Shown here in pieces: positions 1-7,397 of a DNA stretch of 64,000 nt. Positions within the stretch are counted from its first letter, which is position 1, and each line of letters begins with the position of its first letter. Source of the DNA: Phycisphaerae bacterium (lineage in GTDB: Bacteria > Planctomycetota > Phycisphaerae > Sedimentisphaerales > SM23-30); the NCBI GenBank assembly GCA_016342495.1, contig JAEIOG010000012.1:2832-66831 (forward strand). Direction: 5' to 3'. The notes below the pieces were generated by a model. That model ran no database searches and was not told the origin of the DNA. It saw only the letters and a list, made by a program, of their open reading frames with translations. Both the position numbers and the translations under genes were made by a program.

Positions 1-169
1 AGCTGAACTTTACCCAGATGGTATTGAAGAGCTTGATCATGGAGTAGTAATCAGGGATTTATTCCGCTTTTTGGAGTCAAAATGATGTTTATTCAGTTTC
101 TTTATGTTGTTCAATTCATGAACAAATCATTTATATTTGATGTTGTTTTTTCGTCCGTAAGGAGTAAAA

Positions 170-1084
170 ATGCTGTCTAAAAGTTGTAATATTTATAGCC
201 CAATGCATGATAATGGTAATAATCAGGGGCTAAATAAGGTCCATCAATTAATTCCAGCCCAAGCTGAATCCGATGAGCAACTTCTCAAGCTCTGGCTTCA
301 TGGAAGAAGTAAGCACACCCAAAGAGCATATATCAAAGATGTCTCTGGCTTTTTAGAATTTGTCCAAAAAGAAATTTGCCTTATAACCCTTGGAGATTTA
401 CAGGATTATTCAGAGCAGCTCTTTGGGAAGGATTTGTGTCAAGGCTCAATCCGAAGAGCATTGGCATCGATTAAAAGTATGTTCGGGTTTGCACATCGTA
501 TCGGGTATATTCAATTTGACATAGGCAGACCGCTTAGGGTTCCTACTCCCAAAAACGCTCTTGCACAGAGAATATTATCTGAAGAAGAAATTCAAACAAT
601 AATCTCATCAATTGAAAATAGTCGAAATAAACTTATGGTCAAAACATTATACTATACTGGCTTGAGGATTTCAGAACTTGTATCCTTGAAATGGTCAGAT
701 GTTCAGCCCCGAGATATGGCAGGTCAAATTACTGTCCAGGGCAAAGGGAGCAAAACTAATAATATACTTATTCCTGAGCACCTATTTGATGACTTGGTAA
801 TACTCAGAGGTTTGTCATCTGACCAATCAGCAGTATTCAAAAGCAGAAATGGCGGTCACTTAAACTCTGACCACGTAAGGAAGATGCTTAAAGAAATTGC
901 AATCAAAGCGATAGGCAAAGGAGCTACCCCTCACTGGTATAGGCATAGCCATGCAAGTCATGCCCTTGATAATGGATGTCCGATCCATTTGGTGCAGAAG
1001 CAATTAAATCATAGCTCAATTGCCACGACCGGAAGATACCTTCATGCTCGACCAACGGAAAGCAGTAGTAAATACTTGAAATAA
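170..1084 (+). CDS. Tyrosine recombinase / phage-type integrase (XerC/XerD-like)
   Basis: 304-aa ORF. The catalytic signature is visible: LRISELVSLKW (Arg box), HWYRHSHASH (H-x-x-R), GRYLH (Tyr nucleophile). The N-terminus is core-binding-like (LWLHGRSKHTQRAY). Confidence 0.85.
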   Translation: MLSKSCNIYSPMHDNGNNQGLNKVHQLIPAQAESDEQLLKLWLHGRSKHTQRAYIKDVSGFLEFVQKEICLITLGDLQDYSEQLFGKDLCQGSIRRALASIKSMFGFAHRIGYIQFDIGRPLRVPTPKNALAQRILSEEEIQTIISSIENSRNKLMVKTLYYTGLRISELVSLKWSDVQPRDMAGQITVQGKGSKTNNILIPEHLFDDLVILRGLSSDQSAVFKSRNGGHLNSDHVRKMLKEIAIKAIGKGATPHWYRHSHASHALDNGCPIHLVQKQLNHSSIATTGRYLHARPTESSSKYLK

Positions 1085-1144
1085 AATCCCGAAGCGGTAA
1101 AATCATTTAACTAACGTATCCATTATCAAATTAAGGAAAATTTC

Positions 1145-1666
1145 ATGTTAAAAATCAATAACTCAATTATCGAACTTATCGAGGGCGATATTACTGAACT
1201 CGCTACTGATGCAATCGTAAATCCAGCAAACGCTGATCTGATCTTAGGTGGAGGCGTTGCAGGAGCAATAAGAGATAAAGGCGGAGTTACGATCCAGCAA
1301 GAATGCGACATAATAGGTAGCATTTCAGTTGGAGAAGCTGTGATAACTACTGCTGGAAATCTAAAAGCAAAATTTATCATCCACGCCGTTGGTCCTATGG
1401 CTGGAGAAGGCAATGAAAGCGAAAAACTCCATAAAGCTACTTTGAATAGCTTAAAATTAGCAACAGAAAACAACTTAAAAAGCATAGCAATCCCAGCTAT
1501 AAGCACAGGCATCTTTGGCTATCCCATTGATGACTGTGCTAAAATTATGCTTCAAACAACAGTTGATTTTCTCAAAAAGGAAGATAGTAAATTAAAAGTC
1601 ATTTTCTGTCTGTTTGACTATGAGGCATTTGACGTTTTTGAAAATGATATGAGAAATTATCGCTAA
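1145..1666 (+). CDS. Macro domain protein (ADP-ribose binding / O-acetyl-ADP-ribose deacetylase-like)
   Basis: 173 aa with macro-domain motifs: AIVNPANADLILGGGVAGAI and SIAIPAISTGIFGYP. Confidence 0.8.
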   Translation: MLKINNSIIELIEGDITELATDAIVNPANADLILGGGVAGAIRDKGGVTIQQECDIIGSISVGEAVITTAGNLKAKFIIHAVGPMAGEGNESEKLHKATLNSLKLATENNLKSIAIPAISTGIFGYPIDDCAKIMLQTTVDFLKKEDSKLKVIFCLFDYEAFDVFENDMRNYR

Positions 1667-1668
1667 AT

Positions 1669-1700
1669 GAAAAAGGCTGTACAGTTAAACCATACAGCCT
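1669..1700 (-). terminator. Intrinsic terminator between converging genes
   Basis: 8-bp perfect stem aggctgta (1674-1681) / tacagcct (1693-1700) with an 11-nt loop. On the minus strand it is followed by a T-run (complement of aaaaa at 1669-1673). Confidence 0.6.
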
Positions 1701-1733
1701 CAGTTAGTTTTGGAATCTATTATATCTTTGAAG

Positions 1734-4040
1734 TTACAAACCGGTATTTCCTACAAATTTAATATCATCAATATTCCAACCAGAATACGAATAAGCATCA
1801 CCAATAACTTCATATCCAAAACGGATATATACCGCCTCTTGACCATCAGCGATATTGCTTACATCATATTCAACATAAATCCATTGGTTGTCGGTTATTG
1901 ATCTTCCATCATGTTCCCAGACTGTCTCCCAATTAGAACCATTATTCGAAACCTCAATAAAACATTGTACGTAATCTGACTCATCAATGTTTAGCCATCG
2001 AGAAAATATTAATTTGATGTTTTTAAAATATCTACAATCAATAGCCTCAGATGTTGCATAAAATGCTTCTGCTGGATTTGTATTATAATCACCACTTAAA
2101 TTTGTGCCTATTACATTGTTGCCTGTATTCCCAGATACAGGGTCTGGATAACCAAATAATTCACCACCAAGCCCCAATGGTTGACCATACTCCCAGTCGC
2201 CACTGAATATCCAATTGGGAAAGTTATTCAGTAATTCTATATAAACTTCCATATCAACCATTTCAAGCCAATTGCTAGCTAAGACAAATAAGTCACTTTG
2301 ATCAACCTGGCTATCGCCATCGATATCAGCCCCATTACAAAGTCCACAGTTGCTATCCATCCAAAAAGAAGTGATTGTTGCAAAGTCGTGCATATTTGCA
2401 ACACCATCGCCATTACAGTCACCATCTAATCCAGTCTTGGCAATGCCACTTGATAGATATATTCTAGGGTTATTTATCTTGATTACAGGTATATAGACAC
2501 AAAATGCAGCAGAGTTCAAGGAGTTGTGTCGTAATTGCAGACTTATTAATCCTGTAGCATTCACAAAGCAGGATATGTCTAAAATATTGTTGGAATTAAG
2601 ATTAACCTCCTGTAAGCTTTGCATTTCCTCCAATACGGAAATATCTGAGATATTATTATTCTCAAAATTCAGCCATGTCAAATTGTTCAAATTAGCGACA
2701 GGTGATAGATCTGCGATTGATCCGTTAGGAAGGTCTAATTCTGTTAGATTCAAAGCATATTCTAATCCAGTCAAATCAGTAATATTATTACCATTCAATG
2801 ACGTTAATTTTAGCATATCGTAATCAATAAACGGAGGATAAAGGTTTGATTTAGCTAGCTCCTCTTCAACTAAAGCTTGTAAATTTGAATCATTAAAATG
2901 AACGACATCACCTTCTGATGTTCCGATATATAAATTAATTGTAATTGAATCTTCATTTGTTCCCAGACCAGTATTACTGACTTTTACTGTCAAAGGATAT
3001 GTTTGTCCTAAATCGGAATAATCAAAAGGACTTCCCATATACAAATAATCAGCAGGCATACTACCAGCTGATTCAACTTTATCAGGAATAGTAAAGCTTA
3101 CTTCTTCAATAAATCCTTGCGAAAACAGAGCATTCAGGGTGAGCTGTGTGTCATCTAATATATCAACGGTAAAAGTATCTCCATTTTCAAGAGCTTGACC
3201 ATTTATCGTAAACTCAAGGGCAGGCTGTTTTAATACTGTAACCTCAGCTTCTACCAAACTACTCCCAGCATTATTGTCCCCAGAGAATCCCAATGCCCAC
3301 TCTTGACTCAATCCATTGGCAATGGTGAACGAATGGGAATATGTTTCATTTAAGTCAGGCTTTGAAATAGTTACCCCATCCCCCCAGTCCATAGACCAGG
3401 AAGTTGGTTCATCTGGATAGCTTAAACTATTTAAAGCGACATTGATATCCGCAACTGACCCACTTGGCGAATTAGTATTAATTCTAATTACATTTGGAGC
3501 GATTTCAAGCACAGGACTGTATACTACTTGATAAAGCTGAATATTGTCGAACGCAGGCTTGAACGTATTTGAATAACCGTTTTTTCTGGTTTTGAAGTTT
3601 ATATTAGTTGTAGAAGTGGAGGCAATCGAAACCTTTGCATAATTACTACTGCCGTCAGACAAACTTTTTTCAAATAGGTTATCAACAACAAAACCACAGT
3701 AGCAATAATCTTTGTATCCAGAGTAGTAACATTGAAATTTATATCTCTTCCCATTTTGAATTTGTATTCCTCGTTGACTTAATGTCCCAGATTGATACTG
3801 ACTGCCATTGACGCCCGTGAAATGAGCGAAGTAGTTATTGTTTCCATTTGTATCTCTAGTTATCCAACGACCATCTCTTAGAGTATTGTCATTTACCCCT
3901 GCCCAGTAATTTAACCCTGACTCAAATGTGCCATTTTTTACAAGATTTGAACCATTCCAAGTTCCAGCCTGAATCAAGCTACAATTTATAATGAGTAAAA
4001 ATACGACTAAAACCAATCCTGCCTTATTATGCATCTTCAT
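1734..4040 (-). CDS. Secreted multidomain protein: signal peptide, jelly-roll/CBM-like N-terminus, Ig/PKD-like region, leucine-rich repeats, dockerin-like Ca-binding repeats, C-terminal MAM/lectin-like domain
   Basis: 768 aa. N-terminal hydrophobic signal (LVLVVFLLIINCSLIQA). LRR block (LTELDLPNGSIADLSPVANLNNLTWLNFENNNISDISVL...). Dockerin-like motifs DCNGDGVANMHDF and DIDGDSQVDQSDLFVLASNW. Confidence 0.7.
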   Translation of the reverse strand: MKMHNKAGLVLVVFLLIINCSLIQAGTWNGSNLVKNGTFESGLNYWAGVNDNTLRDGRWITRDTNGNNNYFAHFTGVNGSQYQSGTLSQRGIQIQNGKRYKFQCYYSGYKDYCYCGFVVDNLFEKSLSDGSSNYAKVSIASTSTTNINFKTRKNGYSNTFKPAFDNIQLYQVVYSPVLEIAPNVIRINTNSPSGSVADINVALNSLSYPDEPTSWSMDWGDGVTISKPDLNETYSHSFTIANGLSQEWALGFSGDNNAGSSLVEAEVTVLKQPALEFTINGQALENGDTFTVDILDDTQLTLNALFSQGFIEEVSFTIPDKVESAGSMPADYLYMGSPFDYSDLGQTYPLTVKVSNTGLGTNEDSITINLYIGTSEGDVVHFNDSNLQALVEEELAKSNLYPPFIDYDMLKLTSLNGNNITDLTGLEYALNLTELDLPNGSIADLSPVANLNNLTWLNFENNNISDISVLEEMQSLQEVNLNSNNILDISCFVNATGLISLQLRHNSLNSAAFCVYIPVIKINNPRIYLSSGIAKTGLDGDCNGDGVANMHDFATITSFWMDSNCGLCNGADIDGDSQVDQSDLFVLASNWLEMVDMEVYIELLNNFPNWIFSGDWEYGQPLGLGGELFGYPDPVSGNTGNNVIGTNLSGDYNTNPAEAFYATSEAIDCRYFKNIKLIFSRWLNIDESDYVQCFIEVSNNGSNWETVWEHDGRSITDNQWIYVEYDVSNIADGQEAVYIRFGYEVIGDAYSYSGWNIDDIKFVGNTGL

Positions 4041-4105
4041 TTCATACGCCCTTCTCTTAAAATATTACACTTGGAAGCACCATAACTACTATCTCACTAT
4101 ATGCC

Positions 4106-4150
4106 GACACTCAACTCGTGTCAAGAAAGTTTGACACTAAAATTGTGTCA
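4106..4150. promoter_or_regulatory. Two operator-like inverted repeats (GACAC-N7-GTGTC and TGACAC-N7-GTGTCA) upstream of, and overlapping, the start of the XRE regulator gene
   Basis: gacac(4106-4110)-tcaactc-gtgtc(4118-4122); tgacac(4132-4137)-taaaatt-gtgtca(4145-4150). The last base of the second repeat is the A of the ATG at 4150. Confidence 0.55.
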
Positions 4151-4395
4151 TGGCTACAAAATCACAACACAATCAAATGTATAAAATCTTGCCTGGCTTT
4201 CTCCGCCAGATACGGGAAAACGCTGATTTAACGCAACGGGAACTAGGAAAAAGGCTCGAAAAACCCCAATCCTGGGTCTATAATTGCGAAACTGCTAATA
4301 GAAGGGTAGATATAACAGAATTTATATCTTGGGCAAACGCCTGCGATTTAGACCCTAAAAAAGTGTTTAATTTGCTTCTCAAAGAGCTTGAATGA
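4150..4395 (+). CDS. XRE-family helix-turn-helix transcriptional regulator
   Basis: 81 aa with the typical HTH_3 pattern LRQIRENADLTQRELGKRLEKPQSWVYNCETANRRVDI. Confidence 0.8.
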   Translation: MATKSQHNQMYKILPGFLRQIRENADLTQRELGKRLEKPQSWVYNCETANRRVDITEFISWANACDLDPKKVFNLLLKELE

Positions 4396-4397
4396 GT

Positions 4398-4688
4398 TTA
4401 TTTTCCACCTGCCTCCGCTATCATTTTTTCAATATGAGCCTGAATTATCGATGGTAGATCAAAAAAGTTGATCAACTTTCCTATTTGTCCCAAGATCACA
4501 AGCTGGTTTCCATTTTCAGCTACTTCTTCAAAATGAGAATCATTTATTCCAAAGTATTCCCCCCATTGAGATATACCTTGATGGCTATCAGGGTTAGATG
4601 ATAAAATTAAACATTTGCCATCCATAAAATAGACAGTATATTTATCCATTATATTTTTCTTTGTTTTTGTTATTGCTCGGATCAACAT
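4398..4688 (-). CDS. Hypothetical protein (cassette 4 of the repeated-promoter series)
   Basis: 96-aa ORF. AAGGA RBS 8 nt before the ATG at 4688, and the conserved promoter motif 51 nt upstream. Confidence 0.55.
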   Translation of the reverse strand: MLIRAITKTKKNIMDKYTVYFMDGKCLILSSNPDSHQGISQWGEYFGINDSHFEEVAENGNQLVILGQIGKLINFFDLPSIIQAHIEKMIAEAGGK

Positions 4689-4720
4689 TATTTATTTCCT
4701 TAAAATTATTATCTTATGTC

Positions 4721-4751
4721 TGTATAAGGATAGATTTTTATCACTCTGGCA
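4721..4751 (-). promoter_or_regulatory. Repeated promoter module, copy 4 (TGCCAGAGTGATA - 12 nt - TATACA)
   Basis: The minus strand reads tgccagagtgata (4751-4739) and then a -10-like TATACA (4726-4721). Architecture and spacing match the copies at 5929, 6770 and 7190. Confidence 0.6.
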
Positions 4752-4781
4752 ATATATCAAAGCCTCATCTAAATATTATAC

Positions 4782-5558
4782 TTAAGCCAAGTTGATATTG
4801 CTACTTACCATACGAATTGCTTCCCCTACATGCTTAATCATGATTTTCTGTTTATCATTTGCTACAGAACAACGTTTGGACCAAAGAAGTAATTCTATAG
4901 CTATCGCTACGTCACCATCTGCTCTTTCGTTTATTTTTTCAAAAATGGCTTTTCGGTCACTGAATTCCCAATTGTAGTAATTTGCCCTTTGACTAAGAAC
5001 ATTAACAATCTCACTTGGGCTATATTGATTACTCAAATGTAATGTAGCATCTGTAGCGTCAATCAAGCTATGAATGGTTTTTGTTGTCCCATTTTCAAAG
5101 GCGACCATCAACAATCCATCATAATAAACTGGAGGATGTTGTCTTTGATTTATCGAAGAAGGGATTTCCAAGATCCGGCACTTCAAAAAATCACATATTG
5201 TCGCTATATTGTAAAGCGATATGTATTCAGCATTACGAACAAGTATACTATCACGACAATGTACCGCTTCCATAAATTTATTCCAATCAATCATCCCCCC
5301 ATCGATTTCACACAGATTTTGGTGTCCAAGAGAGTTGTGTATTGCAAACGCCAAAGTTCTGCGACCACTTTTTCTTTTCCCAACTAAAGCTAGGCTTGGT
5401 GGATGTTGATATGGATTCTCATCTCCCTTGATATTGAAATATTCAGCAACAATAGTTTTGGCTGTACTGACCGCTTGATTATTACTTATATAGGTATAGA
5501 GCGATATTTCGTCAAGAAATGCATTTTCTGCGTCATAGGTAATTATTTGTTTGTTCAT
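4782..5558 (-). CDS. Degenerate AAA+ protein with RuvB / clamp-loader-like layout (predicted catalytically inactive)
   Basis: 258 aa. It aligns by eye with RuvB over its whole length (LALVGKRKSGRRTLAFAIHNSLG vs LLxGPPGLGKTTLAxIIAxEMG; lid and C-terminal helical regions also match). Walker A Lys-Thr is Arg-Arg, and Walker B DEIH is replaced by RNAE. Confidence 0.4.
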   Translation of the reverse strand: MNKQIITYDAENAFLDEISLYTYISNNQAVSTAKTIVAEYFNIKGDENPYQHPPSLALVGKRKSGRRTLAFAIHNSLGHQNLCEIDGGMIDWNKFMEAVHCRDSILVRNAEYISLYNIATICDFLKCRILEIPSSINQRQHPPVYYDGLLMVAFENGTTKTIHSLIDATDATLHLSNQYSPSEIVNVLSQRANYYNWEFSDRKAIFEKINERADGDVAIAIELLLWSKRCSVANDKQKIMIKHVGEAIRMVSSNINLA

Positions 5559-5574
5559 AATTTTTAATCTGCCT

Positions 5575-5715
5575 CTATACTTCCTTGACTCCCGTTATGT
5601 CAGCTCCAGGATAACGACCTCTGATCAGATCGCGAGCCTTAAAGCTATTCGTGGTCGTTATCATTTCTCGGTAAACTTTACCATTCCATCTAAAACTTAC
5701 TTCATAGGTCTTCAT
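5575..5715 (-). CDS. Small hypothetical protein (46 aa; below the ORF-track cutoff)
   Basis: Translated by hand: MKTYEVSFRWNGKVYREMITTTNSFKARDLIRGRYPGADITGVKEV*. It packs tightly between neighbouring minus-strand genes (16-nt and 14-nt gaps). Confidence 0.45.
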   Translation of the reverse strand: MKTYEVSFRWNGKVYREMITTTNSFKARDLIRGRYPGADITGVKEV

Positions 5716-5729
5716 TATATTTTTCCTTA

Positions 5730-5867
5730 TTAAGCTGCTTTTTTTTCTTCATTACGCGATAAAAAGAATTCCGCAATTTCAAAATCAGCCTCTTGCTCAG
5801 CTGTGATTGGTTCGTATTTCTTTCCGCTTAAAATTACCGTTTCCCAAAATTTAATTTCTGACTTCAT
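5730..5867 (-). CDS. Small hypothetical protein (45 aa; below the ORF-track cutoff), first gene of cassette 3
   Basis: Translated by hand: MKSEIKFWETVILSGKKYEPITAEQEADFEIAEFFLSRNEEKKAA*. GGAG RBS (ttttttggagcaaaaaaATG) and the conserved promoter motif 50 nt upstream. Confidence 0.5.
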   Translation of the reverse strand: MKSEIKFWETVILSGKKYEPITAEQEADFEIAEFFLSRNEEKKAA

Positions 5868-5898
5868 TTTTTTGCTCCAAAAAAGTTGTTATTGCATC

Positions 5899-5929
5899 CT
5901 TATAAAAGTCAAAAAATAACACTCTGGCA
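5899..5929 (-). promoter_or_regulatory. Repeated promoter module, copy 3 (TGCCAGAGTGTTA - 12 nt - TATAAG)
   Basis: The minus strand reads tgccagagtgtta (5929-5917) and then TATAAG (5904-5899). Confidence 0.6.
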
Positions 5930-6319
5930 TCAACCAAATACAATCTCTCCCATGGCACATAATTGTAAAAATACATCAGCCGTTTCTGCATCAGCGGTGT
6001 CATTTAAAAGATTCTCAAAATGTCGCATTGGTATTGCTTTGTTATTAATATCTTTTCCATTCGCCATATATTGTAATGCAGCTCTGATACTGTTTCGGCT
6101 CAATGCTCCTAGCAATTCACCTTCTTCAATATCAAAAACCTCAATTTTACCCCCATTCATTGGGATCTGCTCATATGAGCTACATCTATCTTTCCAGTTT
6201 TTTTGAAACTCAAATCTTGCCCAGTAACTACACCCGCCCTCCACAGCTGAGACAATCATGCTATTAATTTGCTTTTCAGTAATTTTAACTGTCGTTTTTA
6301 CTTCGAAATAATTATCCAT
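5930..6319 (-). CDS. Hypothetical protein (plasmid/phage accessory type)
   Basis: 129-aa ORF co-directional with its neighbours. No recognisable catalytic motif. Confidence 0.55.
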   Translation of the reverse strand: MDNYFEVKTTVKITEKQINSMIVSAVEGGCSYWARFEFQKNWKDRCSSYEQIPMNGGKIEVFDIEEGELLGALSRNSIRAALQYMANGKDINNKAIPMRHFENLLNDTADAETADVFLQLCAMGEIVFG

Positions 6320-6328
6320 TACATTTCC

Positions 6329-6706
6329 TTACATTGTTTGATTTTCATATTGTTCATAACTGATTGGAGTTAATTCATACCACTCTTTTCCCGTTGGTGA
6401 GTCGTGATGGAAGTTTTGGATTTTGAGAATATTATCTTCTTTGAATATGTTAAAGCTACAATCAGTATTAGGTAGAACTCTTGAAAGCAAATCTTTAGCT
6501 GTGTTAAATTTGAGAAAAACATAGCCTGATATTTTCTTCCAGCCAAAGTTTTTAACTTTACAAAACCAGTAGCCATCAGGATTGATTTCTTTGATTAGCT
6601 CGTCAAGGTTATCGAGAAGATATTCCCATTCAAATTCTACATCATCTGGTTCAATTTCGTTTGAGAACCATGAAAGTATGGGTTTAATGTCTTTGGTGGT
6701 ATCCAT
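6329..6706 (-). CDS. Hypothetical protein (cassette 2); start re-assigned to the internal ATG
   Basis: The track ORF is 6329-6802. The ATG at 6706 (MDTTKDIKPI...) has a GGAG RBS identical to cassette 3 and the promoter motif 52 nt upstream. The longer version would run through that promoter. Confidence 0.55.
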   Translation of the reverse strand: MDTTKDIKPILSWFSNEIEPDDVEFEWEYLLDNLDELIKEINPDGYWFCKVKNFGWKKISGYVFLKFNTAKDLLSRVLPNTDCSFNIFKEDNILKIQNFHHDSPTGKEWYELTPISYEQYENQTM

Positions 6707-6739
6707 TTTTTTTGCTCCAAAAAAGGTTATCTTTACAAT

Positions 6740-6770
6740 AATATAATAATCAAAAAGTATCACTCTGGCA
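6740..6770 (-). promoter_or_regulatory. Repeated promoter module, copy 2 (TGCCAGAGTGATA - 12 nt - TATATT)
   Basis: The minus strand reads tgccagagtgata (6770-6758) and then TATATT (6745-6740). Confidence 0.55.
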
Positions 6771-7121
6771 TTAATACTCGCTGGGCAAAAGTAATACCCC
6801 ATCTATCAGATAAAATTTGATCTCATCCAAAGGAAAATCTGTAAATGGTATCTTTTGATTTACCAGATAAGGCTCTCCGCTATCTTCTTTCATAGTCAAT
6901 ATCGCTGAACGGTTTTCCTGGACTTTTAGCTCCCATAATTGAAAAGGTTCAGTTCTTCTATAACTACTAATAGTGACAAGTAGCCAATAGCAATCAGCTG
7001 ACTCGTGAAGGTATTTAACGCCATCAGTATAAACCATAGGTCCCAAAACTTCATTTTTGTAATATTGCTCTGTCCCGGTAAATTGAACTAATCCATTTTC
7101 GATTGCTTTTTTTGATAGCAT
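6771..7121 (-). CDS. Hypothetical protein resembling DUF6876-type proteins of conjugative plasmids/ICEs (cassette 1)
   Basis: 116 aa. The segment TGTEQYYKNEVLGPMVYTDGVKYLHESADCYWLL recalls a family I associate with plasmid leading / anti-restriction regions. This is from memory only. Confidence 0.45.
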   Translation of the reverse strand: MLSKKAIENGLVQFTGTEQYYKNEVLGPMVYTDGVKYLHESADCYWLLVTISSYRRTEPFQLWELKVQENRSAILTMKEDSGEPYLVNQKIPFTDFPLDEIKFYLIDGVLLLPSEY

Positions 7122-7159
7122 TTGATTTTTCCTTCAAAATAAGTGTTTTTCATTACAAC

Positions 7160-7190
7160 CTTATAAGGGGAAAAAAATAACACTCTGGCA
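7160..7190 (-). promoter_or_regulatory. Repeated promoter module, copy 1 (TGCCAGAGTGTTA - 12 nt - TATAAG)
   Basis: The minus strand reads tgccagagtgtta (7190-7178) and then TATAAG (7165-7160). AAGGA RBS before the ATG at 7121. Confidence 0.6.
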
Positions 7191-7397
7191 GATAATTGGA
7201 CAGGAAGTGAATGAGAATCGGGCTGGAGTTAGACAAAGGGAGTAGCAGATATTTTGTCACAATGTTACTTATATTCATTTACCACTAGAAGCCATAGGAT
7301 CAATCCTGGCAGGCTTCGCACTTTAGTCATTATCACCCTATTTCATTATTCATCGAAGTGGCACAGGGAGACACTGAGTCAACAGGAGGACCATCTA

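Noticed and set aside
2-85. Open frame at the left window edge (...AELYPDGIEELDHGVVIRDLFRFLESK*) that could be the 3' end of a gene.
   Set aside because: Only 27 codons are visible with no recognisable motif. This is too little evidence to call a CDS.
4739-7190. Reading the plus-strand CTGGCA of the four-times-repeated motif as a sigma54 -24 element.
   Set aside because: None of the four copies has a GC dinucleotide at the required -12 spacing on the plus strand, and there are no plus-strand genes downstream. The motif has constant spacing to -10-like boxes and start codons on the minus strand.
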